This document shows, piece after piece, positions 12,870-27,198 of a stretch of 64,000 nucleotides of DNA (position 1 is the stretch's first letter; each line of letters begins with the position of its first letter). Below the pieces are notes generated by a model. That model saw nothing but the letters and a program-made list of their open reading frames with translations. It searched no databases and had not been told where the DNA came from. This DNA is from Eledone cirrhosa. Its lineage: Eukaryota. The stretch spans positions 4,898,001 to 4,962,000 of the forward strand of contig OZ024756.1 in NCBI GenBank assembly GCA_964016885.1, written 5' to 3'. A program made the position numbers and the translations under genes.

Positions 12870-15450
12870 TGGAAACAACCTATGAAATCCTTAACCAACT
12901 ATCACATTGCTATCCTATCACAAACACCCAAAACTACACAACCAAGATGCAAACAGAAAGCCTGAACCAGCATGGATGTGTAATTTAAGAAATAAAATTT
13001 TGTTTCTGAAACAAAGAATGTCACACATCGTAGTAGTTATAAGATACAACATAGAGAGCAACTTCACGTGACAGCAGGAAGACCTAAGAAAAAACTAAAG
13101 ATGCTATTTGGAGATACAAGATTTAAAACTCTAAACTCCACCAGCTGAAACAACTCACAGCTGCAGCAGAAAGACTAAAGTATAAGTCAACAGCACGTAA
13201 ATGGCAAGTGCTAAGTAGATTATTTGCCAGAGATCTTAAATCAGTTTAACACAGCTTCAATGGGAAAAGTTCAATCTCTGTAAATGACACCCCTACAAAA
13301 GAACAGGTTGAGAGCTACTGGAGATCTGTATGGGAAACGAATGACGGATTTAACAAACAAATTAAATGGCTAAAAGAACTGGAACAGGAATACTGCCAGC
13401 ATGTCCTGACAAAACAATATGACATAGGTGGGTCAATACTGGAAACAGCTCAGCAGAAAATGTCAAATAGGAAATCACCAGGCCCAGACCTCATAATAGG
13501 ATACTGGCTGAAGAATTTCACCTTCTATTGGCAAGATTTCATATGGCTGTTTAGAGAAACCATCATAGGCACACAAGAACTGCCCCAATGGTTTTCAACT
13601 GCCACTACTCTCCTCATCCCCCAAAATAGCCAGACCACCCTTGCTAAAATTTACCACCCAATAGCCTACCAGAACATCATGTATAAATTATACACTGGGT
13701 GCCTTAATCTGTTCTTACAGGATCATTGTGCCACCAACAACATTATAACACCTGAGAAAGCTGGTGGAAAGAAGGTGTGGGGCTACTTAGATGGCCTACT
13801 AACAAATAAATTGATGCAGGGAAAAATTGCAGAAACATAACTGTGGTGTGACTGGACTATCAGAAAGCTTTTGATAGTATACCTCATGGGGGAATTATAA
13901 AGGCTTTACAGTTAGCCAAAGTCCCACAACCACTACTAGCTTCTGTTGAACACCTGACCAAGAACTGGTACACCAATTTTATCCTTAGGTGTGAGAAGGA
14001 GCAAATTGAGACTGATACAATATGTTACCAAAAAGGCATCTTTGAGGGTGATAGCTTATCAGTGCTGCTCTTTGTCCTCTCACTAAACTCACTACCATAC
14101 CTGCTCACAAAACAAAGTGGTCATAGAAGTGTGTCCAGAAGTATCTCCCATCTTTTCTTTGTGAATGACGTGAAGTTGTATGGGCCAAATACAAATTATA
14201 TCAAAAAACAATTAGACCTCATTACACGAGGAGAGTAAAGAAAATATGGTCATCAGAACTCTCAGCATACATCAAATACATTGCCCACTATACTTTTACT
14301 GTGCCAATCCTAACACCAACATTTGGCCTGCTGAACTGGTCGTTGCAAAAACAGTCATGCAAGGAAGGTGGCCGGGGTCTAAATTCCATATGAACATCAT
14401 ATGAGACCCGGAGAGTAACACTGAAGCAACATCTTCAACAAGAAAAAGTTCAGCAACCATCTTGCCCAGGTTTATGAACATGAAGAAAATAATATCATTA
14501 GAATATCTGGAGGAGAGATATGGAATAAGGCCTGATATAAATCTCTCTCCTAGGAACATTGGAACATCCTATTCAATGCTTGAACAAGGCAAAACATGGA
14601 CCAGTTTACTGAGAAAGTTGCACATGGGTACCTGAGACAAAAACACAGACCATACAGGGGATAAATCATTCAAAAAGATTGGCATGGAGTCCTGACAAGT
14701 TTATAACATCCCACCTTGAAGGATATCTCTATGCAGTACAGGAACAAGAAATCCCTACCAAATATCTGCTACACAAAAGAGGAAGGCCATCAGTTGACAA
14801 TAAATGTAGGCTTTGTAAAACAAAGATCGAAGATGTTAGCCACATTGTTGCCAACTCTGAAAGAATGTTGTCTCCCTACTACCTCCCTATGAGACACGAT
14901 GTGATAGCTAGAACCATCTGGAGCGCACTTAGGAAAACAAAATTAAAAACAAATGATGAGGAATATGTTGAGATAGATGGCACTAAAGAATACTGGTGGA
15001 ACCTGAAAATAAAAACTGCCATCAAATTAAAGCACAACTGGCCTGATATTGTTGTTTGATACCATACATTGAAAACGTGCTCTGTTGTAGAGATCAGCTG
15101 CCCACTTGATGTCAACGTTGTCAGAAAAATACAGGAAAAGGAGGACATCTATGGACCATTGATGAGGAGTTTACAAATCCAGTATCCAAGATACACCTTC
15201 AGGATACACCTTGGAGCTACAGGTTATATACCAACCCACTTGGACCAAAGTATAACTGAACTTGGATTTGTGGACAAAGAACGCAACTCCCTAATTCATA
15301 GACTACAAATGGCTGCGATATCTGGCACCTTCAAAATTTGCAAAACATTCTTGCGATTCAAGGGATGAAAATTTCTTGTCTTTTATAACCTTGCCACCAG
15401 GTAGGTGGCCAGTTAAAATGTATTCGAAAGAGAACATACATACATAGATA
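12870..15450 (+). mobile_element. decayed non-LTR retrotransposon, R4/Dong-like (RT + CCHC knuckle + restriction-like endonuclease)
   Basis: Frameshifted motifs KSPGPD..IGYWLK, QKAFDSIPH, GIFEGDSLS, SHLFFVNDVKLY, AVQEQ, CRLC..EDVSHIV, RHD, HNWPDIVV, VEISCP and KEDIY. Ends in a (CATA)n tail. The 5' boundary is approximate. Confidence 0.88.
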
Positions 15451-15469
15451 CATACATTCAAAATAAATG

Positions 15470-17575
15470 ATGATACCCTTGAGACTGTGATAGAAAAACT
15501 CCAAGATAAGAAAACACCAGGAAGAAACTTGATTGTCGGCTACTGATACAAAAAACTGATTTCTGATGGGATGTATCTTAACAACCTCTACCAGCAAGCT
15601 CTCAAGGGAGATGCACATATACCAGAATGGTTGACATTAGCACAAACAATACTGGTTCCCAAGAACAAAGACACTCACATGCGAGAACCTGATGTATAAG
15701 ATGTATACAGCCTGAACCTATTTCTCTAAGATAACTCTGACAGTAATAACATCATCACAGATGAGCAAGCAGCTGGAAAGAAAGGAGTTTGGGTGTGCTG
15801 AACAACTCCTAATTAACAACACTGCAATGTCGGAGGTGTGACATCTTAGGAGAAATATGGCTACAGTCTGGCTGGACTACAGGAAAGCATTTGATTCTGT
15901 TCCCCACTCTTTGATGATAGAGGCCCTCTGACTTGCTAAAGTCCCAGACATTATTATCAGAGCCATAGAGAGGCTGTCTTCTTCTTGGGCTACTATCCTA
16001 AAGTTTAAAACGGAGAAGGAGGACTCTATTTTTACTGATAAAATAGAATATCACAGGGGTATATTTCTGTGCTACTATTTATCCTGTCATTAAACCCCTT
16101 GTCTTTTCTGCTCACAGGAGGACAGAAATACGAACTTAACCCATAAATTCTTTGTGGATGACCTGAAACTATGACAAGAAAATAAATGGGATGAAGAAAC
16201 ATCTTGACCTGGTTACAACATTCTCAATGGAGTTTGGCCAAGATAAATGTTCATATATGATTGTAAAGCGAGGAAAAACTACAATCCAGTCTAACAACAT
16301 TTTTATCAATGGACTGTTTCACCAATACCTGACGAAGTCTGCTACAGATACCTAGGGATAGATGAGGATATATCCTATAATGGTATTTGTAATAAGGAAT
16401 GGTGTAACTAGGGAATATTACACCTAATTAAGAAAAATATGGTCATTAGAACTCTCTGCACACAATAAAACAGTGGCTCACAATGTGTTTGTTGTGCCTG
16501 TCCTAACACCAACTTTAGAATACTTGATTGGACAATAGACGGAATCCGAACAATTTATGTTGAAACCCGAAAAATCCTAAACAATACTGGAGACTTCCAC
16601 ATTAACAGTGACATAGACCGCCTCTACTTGAAATGTAAGCAGAGAGGCAGCGGTCTAACATCTGTCTAGACAGCATTTCAATGTCGCATCATATCCCTCC
16701 GACAATATCAAATCTCGAAGCGTAGGAGCCCGTCTATCAAGCAAGTCTATCTGCGTGAGAGTTGGGAAGGAGCTCATTGAAAGATGCTCTCTGCATGATA
16801 ATCAAAAACTCACACCCAGGGAAGTCGCTCTGCAGTATTGCAGTGAATCCATTGATGAAAAACTGCATGCCTATCAACAAAAAAATCATGCATGGATATG
16901 TTGCCAGGAAGCTGCAGAGTGAGAGTAATATATATAAGGAAAGTAGTCTATCTTGGACCAAGAACCACTATATTGGCTCCCACTTTGAAGGAAAGGATAC
17001 GCTTTTGCAATCCAAGAACAGGAAATCAACACAAAATACCTGATTCACAAAAGAGATAGGGATGCAGACAAAACACCTAGATGTGATAACAAGTGCAGAC
17101 TCTGCAGAATTAACATCGAAGATGTCACCCATATCATCAGCAGCTGTCTAAAGATGTCATCGCGGTACTATCTACCTATGAGGCATGTTGTAGTGGCCAA
17201 AACATTGTACAATGCAGTTCGTAAAAAAGATAGCCCCGACAATAAACATATTAAAAGCTACAGCAATGTGGAAGACATCCATGTACATAATATGAAAGAG
17301 TACTGATGGAATGTTCCAGTAAAACCCCCAATAAAATGCAGGCATAACAGACCAGATATTATGATATGGGACAGGGTGAAGAAAGCATGCACAGTAGTGG
17401 AAGTTAGCTGTCCAGCAGATGCCAATATAATATCAATGATTAGTGAAAAAGAGAATATTTATGCAGAACTGATGAGGAATCTGCAGATACTCCACCCTGA
17501 TTATACCTTCAGATTTATGCCTGTGATTACCGACTCTCTCTCTATTGGCAAACATTTTTGAAATTATAAAACCAG
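15470..17575 (+). mobile_element. second decayed, 5'-truncated R4/Dong-like retrotransposon
   Basis: Motifs IPEWLT..TILVPKNKDT, LDYRKAFDSVPH, FVDDLKL, YRYLG, QEQEINTK, CRLC..EDVTHIISSC, RHNRPDIMIWD and VEVSCP, with many frameshifts. Confidence 0.88.
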
Positions 17576-17784
17576 GAGAACATATAATACACACATGCAT
17601 ATATATACATACATGCATATATACATACATACTTCCATACACACGTACACACATACATACATACACATATACACATTCATATATATACACACACACACAT
17701 ACTCACACATACATATCTGTCTGTGTGTGTATGCAAAAGGCAAACAGAAATAGGAAGACAAATTTCACAAACCCCAACCTAAAT

Positions 17785-18125
17785 GACAGCAGCCCATCTG
17801 AGGCAGGTGACCCTTGAGGTGGGATGGCTGTAGCAGCGGGTGTCGCTGGCCATTGTCTGCGGGAATACTTTTGTGGTCTTGTCTGCGGGGTGCAGCCCCA
17901 TTACTGCCGTGCCCTAGGCCCAGAGCCCACCATCCTCCTCATCACCCTCTCCATTCTACTGTCTAGACTTTCCCTTCATTTTCCCTTTTTATATTTTCTT
18001 ATTTTACATTCCATTCTCTCTTCTCAATCTATTTTTGTTTATTTTTCTATTAAATTGTTTTTATTTGTAACGTTATTCATCCAACTGTGAACAATAAAAG
18101 GATTTTACAAAAAAAAAAAAAAAAA
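17785..18125 (+). other. probable retroposed 3' end (LINE 3'UTR or processed transcript fragment)
   Basis: GC-rich block, then a pyrimidine-rich stretch, AATAAA at 18093-18098 and a poly(A) tract at 18109-18125. Confidence 0.45.
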
Positions 18126-18160
18126 TGAGGAAATAAATTATTAGTTTTACACTTGATATA

Positions 18161-19000
18161 ATAATTGTTTCTACTTTGGGCATAAGGCCCGCTATTACCC
18201 CAGTGTATTACTGGTACTTTATGTTTTATCGACCCCATAAGGATGAAAAGCAAAGTTAACTTCGGCGGGATTTGAACTCAGAATGGCAAGGGCCGTAACT
18301 CAATGCGTCAAGGCATGGCGTCCGACGCTCTACCGATGCTGCCAATCCACTGCCCTTTACGCTTGATATAATAATACTATTAATAAACAAAGTTCATATT
18401 ATTATAAAGCGAATCGTTATTTATGAATATATATACTAGATGTGAAAGCAACTGGTGCGTGTGTTTCTTATTGACAACATGACCCTCCCAAAGTATAACA
18501 ATATCGGTTTCAACACACGTTTTCAGATAAAGAATCTTGCTAAACAAATTCAGAAACGAGATATATACTAGATAATTTCCGACATATAGAAGGAATATAA
18601 TTGTTTCTACTTTTGGCACAAGGCCAGCAATTAATCCAGTGTATTACTGGTACTTTATTTTATTGACGCCGTAAGGATGAAAGGTAAAGTTAACCTTGGC
18701 GGGATTTGAACTCAGACCATAAAGGGCCGTAACTCTATGCTGCAAAGCATAGCGTCCGACCCTCTACCGATAATGCCAATCCACTGCCAATAATGGTTTC
18801 TTATATAGGCACAAGGCCAGTAATTTGGGGGGAGGGGAAAGTCGATTAAATCGACCCCAGTGCGTGACTGGTACTTTATTTTATCGACCCCATAAGGATG
18901 AAAGACAAAGTTAACCTCGGCGAGATTTGAACTCAGACCATAAAGGGCCGTAACTCTATGCTGCAAAGCATGGCGTCCGACCCTCTGCCGATACTGCCTT
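18161..19000 (-). mobile_element. three tRNA-derived family A SINE copies (about 18161-18358, 18598-18790, 18793-19000)
   Basis: Each has CTGGTACTTTATTTTATCGACCCC..AAGGATGAAAGGCAAAGTTAACCTCGGCGGGATTTGAACTCAGA and head GCCAATCCACTGCC. Confidence 0.85.
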
Positions 19001-19119
19001 TGTTGCTAAGTTAGATTATACTGCTAAAATATATGAGTACATAACTAGCGTTTTGTTTGCAGGAGTTATGTCCCTTTATAAATTAATATTAATATTGTTG
19101 CCTTAGTGAGTGGCTGCAT

Positions 19120-19430
19120 CTCTCTCTCTCTCACTGTGTCTCTTTCTGTCTCTCTTTCTGTCTCTCTCTCTGTCTCTCTCTCTCTCTTTCTGTCTCTCTC
19201 TCTCTTTCTCTTTCTGTCTCTCTCTCGCTCTGTCTCTCTCTCTCCCTTCTCTCTCTGTCTCTCTCTCCCTTCTCTCTCACACCCTTCTCTCTCTCTCCCT
19301 CCCTCTCTCCCTCCCTCTCTCCCTCTCTCTCTGTCTCTGTCTCTTTCTCTATCTCTATCTCTGTCTCTCTCTCTCTCCCTCTTTCTCTCTCCCTCTCTCT
19401 CTCCCTCTTTCTCCCCCCCCTCTCTCTCTA
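19120..19430. repeat. (CT)n/(CTCTGT)n polypyrimidine microsatellite
   Basis: Seen directly in the sequence. Confidence 0.95.
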
Positions 19431-19539
19431 TCACACACGCATGCACAGAGGGCTTATGAATAATAATAAAAAAAAATGATACAGGCTCGTATTTATTTTG
19501 TTGATACTCTCGGGCATCGAATAGCCGTTCCTTATCAAT

Positions 19540-20180
19540 GTGGCGAATTAGCAGTCGTTAGGACGTCGGATAGAATGCCTTATGGTATCAAATCCCACCG
19601 AGGTCAACTTTGCCTTTTATCCTTTCGAGGTTGATAAAAAAACAAAGTACCAGTCTAGTACTGGGGGTCGATTCTTCCTCTCCCTAGAAGAAATCTGCTG
19701 TCCTCAGGCCCGGAAAGGGATGGGCTCCTTCAGACTTAAAATATCCAGTAAACGTTGTATGTCAATACAGTACCCCTACGACTCTATCAGGAGTTTTTTC
19801 AGATAGGGCGGTGGATTGGCAGTGTCGGTAGAGCGCCAGACACCATGCTTTTCAGCATTGAGTTATAACCCTTTACGTTCTGAGTTCAAATCCTGCCGAG
19901 GTTAACTTTGCCTTTCATCCTTACGGGGTCGATAAAATAAAGTACCAGTAATGCACTGGGATATTTGCTGGCCTTGTGCCAAAAGTAGAAATAATAATTA
20001 TTTTTTCAGATGTTTTTACATACTCCACTGCGTATTACATTTTGCTAATCTATCTCCGGTGAAATTGGAAGGTCGGATAGGAGGTTCTGTCGTATTCGTT
20101 CCAGCTTTCTGTACCCTGAGTTCAAATTCCTCCGAGTTCCATTTTGTCTTTTACCTTTCGAAGTTGATAAATTAAATATG
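19540..20180 (+). mobile_element. cluster of family A SINEs (about 19540-19690, 19805-19995, 20060-20180)
   Basis: Head GGCGGTGGATTGGCAG, B-box GAGTTCAAATCC and core GAGGTYAACTTTGCCTTTCATCC. Confidence 0.8.
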
Positions 20181-20289
20181 AGTCTAACAAGGAAGAAAAG
20201 ATCAGCATGTTTCGACCTCTCTCACTTACTGAGTGGGGTAGATCTCCTCAAATCGGACCAAGCAAACAATATTTCCATTGGTCTGTAAA

Positions 20290-20405
20290 AGCAACGTAAA
20301 ATACAGTGTCTTCCTCAAGGACATAACGCACTGTCCGATCCGGGAATCGAACTCGCTATCTCACAATTGTGAATTCAATTCTCCAACCACCAAGCCACAC
20401 TCCTT
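20290..20405 (-). mobile_element. family B SINE head
   Basis: GCAACGTAAAATACAGTGTCTTCCTCAAGGACA..GGGAATCGAACTC..ACCAAGCCAC. Homologous to 59440-59655. Confidence 0.7.
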
Positions 20406-20795
20406 CACCACTCTATCGCTGGCGTCTAATCTTCCTCTACCCTTCTTTCTCACCCTATCCCTCTCTCTATTTCTCAAACATGGAGAGGGATGGGTTCTGA
20501 CAGGTTTTTTAGAATGCTCCATGACACGCTGTATATCATCGCTACAGCGACGTTATGACCTGTTCAGGAATTAAGGGTCTGCATGCTGGGCTGATGTGGA
20601 GTGACAGTGGTATTACGATGGTGCTGTAGTTGTTGAGCGACTCTGAAAGATCAGATCGATGGCCAAAGTCATTCCAGTCATAGTTAAATCATATTTTCTG
20701 TTTCATGTATAATTCCACCCCAAACCGTTTGTTCCTGATGGTAAACTGTGATATAGCCAGTGAATTGTCAGAGTCGTTAGAACGTCGGATAGAAT

Positions 20796-21133
20796 CATCA
20801 TCATCATCATCATTTCATTTTACGTCCGCTTTTCCCTGCTTGCAAGGGTGGGACGGGAACTGATTCTGGCTTGATTTCTACAGCTAGATGCCCTTCCTAA
20901 CACCAACCTCATTTACAGTGAGTGCTGGGTGCTTTTTTGCCGTGGCACCTACACGACCACTTTGCAGTGGAATGATATGGACCCCAGTCCCTATCATCTC
21001 ATTTCTACAGCTGAGTAAACTGGAGCAATGTGAAATAAAGTGTCTTGTTCAAGGAAACAACACATCACCCGGTCCGAGAATTGAACTCACAACCTTTCGA
21101 TTGCAAGGCCAATGCTCTAACCACTGAGCCATG
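20796..21133 (-). mobile_element. family B SINE nested in a family A SINE (host about 20755-20795 and 21134-21250)
   Basis: (CAT)n tail at 20796-20813. Reverse complement of 11899-12227. The host head lies to the left and the host B-box/core to the right. Confidence 0.82.
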
Positions 21134-21641
21134 TTCTATGGTATTAGTTCTGACTCTCTGCTCTCTGAGTTCAAATCTTGCTGAGGTCAACTTTGCCTTT
21201 CATCCTTTCGAGGTCGATAAAAAAAGTAGCAGCCTAGTACTGGCATCGATTCTTCCTCTATATATCTTTCTCCCTTCCATTCTCTCACTCAGTATCCTTC
21301 TCTAGAAGAAATCTGCTGTAGTCTGACCTGGAGACGAGATGGGTTCCGCCTGGTTTAGAAATGCCCTAGCGACACCATATGTCAATACGACGCCCTTACA
21401 ACTCCCTTTGGAGTTACAGGGAAAAAGAAAGAAGCTGTAATTTGAGGAGTGATATTTAGCTGCTATTTTTAGCATGGCGAGTGATCACGTAGAGACTCGC
21501 TCGTTGATAGTGTCTGTGTTGTAGTAATGTTCTGAGAAGGCGGTGAATTAAAAATGTCTCGGTAATTATTCTGACTCTGTGAGTTTAAATCCCGCCAAGG
21601 TCAATTTTGCCTTTCATCCTTTCGAGGTGGATAAAAAAGTA

Positions 21642-21921
21642 TTCTCGGATCCCAAATAATGAGGGTGGGGTGGAGAATGGAATAAACGGGGGAGTTGAAA
21701 ATAAATAGGATGGGTTGGGATCTCAATATGTAACTAAACAACTAATTGTTTGCTTTTTTTTAAATCAATGGAGAAAACCTAGAAAAATTACAGATTTCCA
21801 CCCCTTCCGTTTATCCCACCCCTTATTCCCAACTACTCCGTTTATATACACTCCCTCATTTATCCCACCAAAACCCCCGGCTTATTCTAACACCTTGCCC
21901 CTATTATTTGGGACCCGAGAG
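21642..21921. mobile_element. Tc1/mariner-type MITE (about 280 bp) inserted in a SINE (SINE starts about 21536)
   Basis: TIRs TTCTCGGATCCCAAATAAT / ATTATTTGGGACCCGAGAG. Left flank TA, right flank CA (mutated TSD). Confidence 0.75.
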
Positions 21922-21995
21922 CAGCTCATGCTGTACTCACACTTTTGTAGTATTTGTAGTATACGTACTCAGAATTCTATATTTGATCTTCTCAA

Positions 21996-22178
21996 CTGAA
22001 CACTACAAGGGCTCAGCGCTGAACACTACAAGGGCTCAGTGCTGAACACTACAAGGGCTCAGTGCTGAACACTACAAGGGCTCAGCACTGAACACTACAT
22101 GAGCTCAGCACTGAACACTACAAGAGTTGAGCACTGAACGCTACAAGAGCGCAGCACTGAACACTATAAGAGCTCAGC
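21996..22178. repeat. 23-bp minisatellite (about 8 units)
   Basis: Unit CTGAACACTACAAGGGCTCAGTG. Confidence 0.92.
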
Positions 22179-22294
22179 GAAATGGAAGCATATATTGGGG
22201 AAGAGATCAGTATTAATGGAAGGAAATGTTAATGTCTTTTTAGACAGGTTATATGCCCTACACTAGGAAGGTTGCAGTAGCTTTAAATCTCTAA

Positions 22295-23135
22295 TAACAC
22301 CAGAGGAGACCCAGCCTTTGATACCGAACTAACACCTAAGCAGACCCAGCTTTTAACACCGAACACCAGAGGAGACACAGCTTTTGACATCGAACTAACA
22401 CCAGAGGAGACCCAGCTTTTGACACCAAACTAACACCAGAGGAGATCCAGCTTTTGACACCAAACTAACACCAGAGGAGACACAGCTTTTGACACCGAAC
22501 TAGCACCAGAGGAGATCCAGCTTTTGACACCAAACTAACACCAGAGGAGACACAGCTTTTGACACCGAACTAACACCAGAGTAGATACAGCTTTTAACAC
22601 CGAACTAATACCAGAGGAGACCCAGCTTTTGACACCAAACTAACACCAGAGGAGACACAGCTTTTGACACCGAACTAACACCAGAGGAGATCCAGCTTTT
22701 GACACCAAACTAACACCAGAGGAGACACAGCTTTTGACACCGAACTAACACCAGAGTAGATACAGCTTTTAACACCGAACTAACACCAGAGGAGACCCAG
22801 CTTTTGACACCGAACTAACACCAGAGGAGACCCAACATTTGGCACCGAACTAACACCAGAGGAGATCCAGCTTTTAACACCAAACTAACATCAGAGGATC
22901 CAGCTTTTAACACCAAACTAACACCAGGGGAGATCCAGCTTTTGACACCAAACTGTCACCAGAGGAGATCCAGCTTTTGACATCGAACTAACACCAGAGG
23001 AGATCCAGCTTTTAACACCAAACTAACACCAGAGGAGATCCAGCTTTTAACACCAAACTAACACCAGAGGAGACACAGCTTTTAACACCAAACTAACAAC
23101 AGAGAAGACACAGCTTTTGACACTGAACTAACAAC
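22295..23135. repeat. 35-bp minisatellite (about 24 units)
   Basis: Unit AACTAACACCAGAGGAGAHMCAGCTTTTGACACCR. Confidence 0.95.
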
Positions 23136-23293
23136 ATCATTGGTTGTGAAAATAGTTCAGCCCTATTTTAATGGAATTTACGAGCATTCATGTGATAAAT
23201 TCATTCGTTAGATAATGAATTTCCGGGAAGATGTGAAATAAAAACTGACACCAAACTCTCCAAGGAACAATGGCGAACCCTTTCTTACGTAAG

Positions 23294-25285
23294 TACACAC
23301 ACACTCTCACACACACACACTCAGCACATACACACACTGCTCTCACACACACACTCACACATACACACACAGATGCACACACACACACAGCACTCACACA
23401 CCCAGCACATACACACACACTGCATTCACACACACACCCAGCACTTACACACACACACACACCCACACACCCAGCACACACACACCCAGCACATACACAC
23501 ACACACACACACACAGAAGCACACTCATGCACACACACACAGAAGCACACTCATGCTCACACACACATACAAGCATACAAAAATCCACAAACATGCTCAC
23601 ACACACACACGCATAGAAACATACACACTACACTCACATATACACACTATACTCCCATACACACTACACACACATACACACACTACACTCACATACACAC
23701 ACTACACTCACATACACACTACACTCACATACACACATTACACTCACATACACACACTACACTCACATACACACACTACACTCACATACACACTACACTC
23801 ACATACACACACTACACTCACATACACACACTACACTCACATACACGCACTACACCCACATACACACACTGCACTTACATACACACTACACTCACATACA
23901 CACACTACACTCACACACTACACTCACATACACACACTACACTCACACACTACACTCACATACACACACAACACTCACATACACACTACACTCACATACA
24001 CACTACACTCACATACACACACTACACTCACATACACACACCACACTCACATACATACACTACACCCACATGCACACACTGCACTCACATACACACACTA
24101 CACACATACACACACTACACTCACACACTACACTCACATGCACACACTACACTCACACACTACACTCACATACACACACAACACTCACATACACACTACA
24201 CTCACATACACACTACACTCACATACACACACTACACTCACATACACACACTACACTCACATACACACACTACACTCACATACACAGACTACACTCACAT
24301 ACACACACTACACTCACATACACACTACACTCACTACACTCACATACAGACACTACACTCACATACCCAAACTACACTCACACACTACACTCATACACAC
24401 ACTACACGCACATACACACTACACTCATACACACACTACACTCACACATACTACACTCACATACACATACTACACTCACATACACATACTACACTCACAT
24501 ACACACACTACACTCACATACACACACTACACTCACATACACACACTACACTCACACACTACACTCACATACACACACTACACTCACACACTACACTCAC
24601 ATACACACACAACACTCACATACACACTACACTCACATACACACTACACTGACATACACACTACACTCACATACCCACACTACACTCACATACCCAAACT
24701 ACACTCACATACCCAAACTACACTCACACACACACACTACGCTCATACACACACTACACTCACATACACACTACACTCACATACACACTACACTGACATA
24801 CACACTACACTCACATACACACACTACACTCACATACACACACTACACTCACATACACACACTACACTCACATACACAGTACACTCACATACACAGTACA
24901 CATACACACACTACACTCACATACCCAAACTACACTCATGCACACACACTACACTCACATACACACACTACACTCACATACACACTACACTCATACACAC
25001 ACTATACTCAGACACTACACTCACATACACACACTATACTGACATACACACTGCACTTACATACCCAAACTACACTCACATACACACACTACACTCACAT
25101 ACACACACACACACTACACTCACACTACACTCACACACACACAAGCACACATACGCTAAATTACAAACTACATTCACATAAACAAACACTACACACATAC
25201 TACACTCACATACACTAACTCACACACTCACATACACTAACTCACACTCACATACACACACACTGTACTCACATAAACATACACT
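23294..25285. repeat. CA-rich compound repeat grading into a 17/19-bp unit CACTACACTCACATACA(CA)
   Basis: Seen directly. The His/Thr/Tyr-rich ORFs are artefacts of the repeat. Confidence 0.95.
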
Positions 25286-25339
25286 CCTCACCAAAAAGGT
25301 CGTACCACCAACTTTAAACCATCTCACCTTAAAGATTAC

Positions 25340-26127
25340 CTCCAGGTACGAGGACACCTCACGAAAACTTATCTCCAGGTACGAGGAAACCTCCACAAAG
25401 ACCTCCTGCTATCTCCAGGTACGAGGAAACCTCCACAAAGACCTCCTGCTATCTCCAGGTCCGAGGAAACCTCCACAAAGACCTCCTGCTATCTCCAGGT
25501 CCATAGAAACCCCACAAAGACCTCCTGCTATCTCCAGCTCCGAGGAAACCCCACAAAGACCTCCTGCTATTTCCAGGTCCAAGGAAACCTCCACAAAGAC
25601 CTCCTGCTATCTCCAGGTCCGAGGAAACCTCCACAAAGACCTTCGGCTATCTCCAGGTCCGGGGAAACCTCTACAAAGACCTCTTGCTATCTCCAGGTCC
25701 GGGGAAACCTCCACAAAGACCTCCTGCTATCTCCAGGTCCGGGGAAACCTCCACAAAGACCTCCTGCTATCTCCAGGTATGAGGAAACCTCCACAAACAA
25801 CTTTTGCTATCTCCAGGTCCGGGGAAACCTCCACAAACACCTCTTGCTATCTCCAGGTGTGAGGAAACCTCCACAAACACCTCTTGCTATCTCCAGGTCC
25901 GAGGAAACCTCTACAAAGACCTCCTGCTATCTCCAGGTCCAGGGAAACCTCCACAAAGACCTCCTGCTATCTCCAGGTCCGGGGAAACCTCCACAAACAC
26001 CTCCTGCTATCTCCAGGTACGAGGAAACCTCCACAAACACCTCTTGCTATCTCCAGGTCCGGGGAAACCTCCACAAAGACCTCCTGCTATCTCCAGGTAT
26101 GAGGAAACCTCCACAAACACCTCCTGC
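25340..26127. repeat. 40-bp minisatellite (about 19 units)
   Basis: Unit CTATCTCCAGGTCCGGGGAAACCTCCACAAAGACCTCCTG. Confidence 0.95.
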
Positions 26128-26482
26128 ACAGAAGATCTACACCTTCTCACAAAAAACTCTAGAGATAAGTAAACACAAATAGAAGGTGTTAACCATATGA
26201 ATGCTGAATGTTAAAGAGAGAGAGAGAGAGAGAGAGATAGTGTGTGTGTGTGTGTGTGCAAGTATTTATGTGTGGGAATGTATGTTGCTGTTTATGTGTA
26301 TCTGTTTACATATGTCAATACGTGGTATGCTTGCGCCTGCGTGATATATGTATGATTTATGTGTGTGTGTTATTGTCTTTGCATGTCCTTTTTATAGTAT
26401 ACATACATACATACATATGTATGTATGTATGTGTTAGCCGCCGAGCTCTAACTATTTACGATGAGTGTATATATATATATAA

Positions 26483-26551
<69 letters not shown>

Positions 26552-26554
<3 letters not shown>

Positions 26555-26959
26555 GTCTGTATACATAGATGTATGTACGTATATATACTTATATTTAGGT
26601 AACAGCCGTACTAAGAGTGAGAAATGAAATTTCGTTTCATTTTTTCCGTATATCGTTTTCGGTACCCCGGCCGATTAACTCACTCGATATGCAAATTAGG
26701 CTGCTCAGCCGTTAATATGCATAAGGAAAGTATATACTTTCAGACGTTTAGCCATCTGGCAGGAAGGTATGCGTTGCTGACGATAGCTAATAAGCTTGAA
26801 ACTAGTACAGCGTTCCTTTGTCAGTGTTGAACAAGTGAGCAACCATGGTTGCTAGACACTGTACGACTTAATTCGGGATGTTTGTTTACAAACACACCGA
26901 GTATTATAATAAATGTTATGTTCGGTGAATCCATACGTACATATATATATGTGTGCATG

Positions 26960-27018
<59 letters not shown>

Positions 27019-27121
27019 TACTGTACGTCTGTATACATATATGTATGTACGTATACATACTTATATTTAGGTAACAGCCGTACTAAGAGTGAGAAATGAA
27101 ATTTCGTTTCATTTTTTCCGT
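26552..27121 (+). mobile_element. retrozyme-like element: 472-bp monomer plus 98-bp terminal direct repeat, in (TA)n
   Basis: 26552-26649 is repeated at 27024-27121, with an internal hammerhead. Paralogue at 29758-30273. Confidence 0.85.
26771..26813 (+). ncRNA. minimal type I hammerhead ribozyme motif
   Basis: gcgttg-CTGACGA-t-agct-aata-agct-t-GAAA-ctag-TA-cagcgt. All core nucleotides are intact. Predicted cleavage is after GUA at 26807. Confidence 0.85.
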
Positions 27122-27123
27122 TT

Positions 27124-27196
<73 letters not shown>

Positions 27197-27198
<2 letters not shown>

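Noticed and set aside
23270-25218. Long His/Thr/Tyr-rich ORFs (up to 602 aa)
   Set aside because: Open in all three frames because the CA-rich repeat lacks stop codons.
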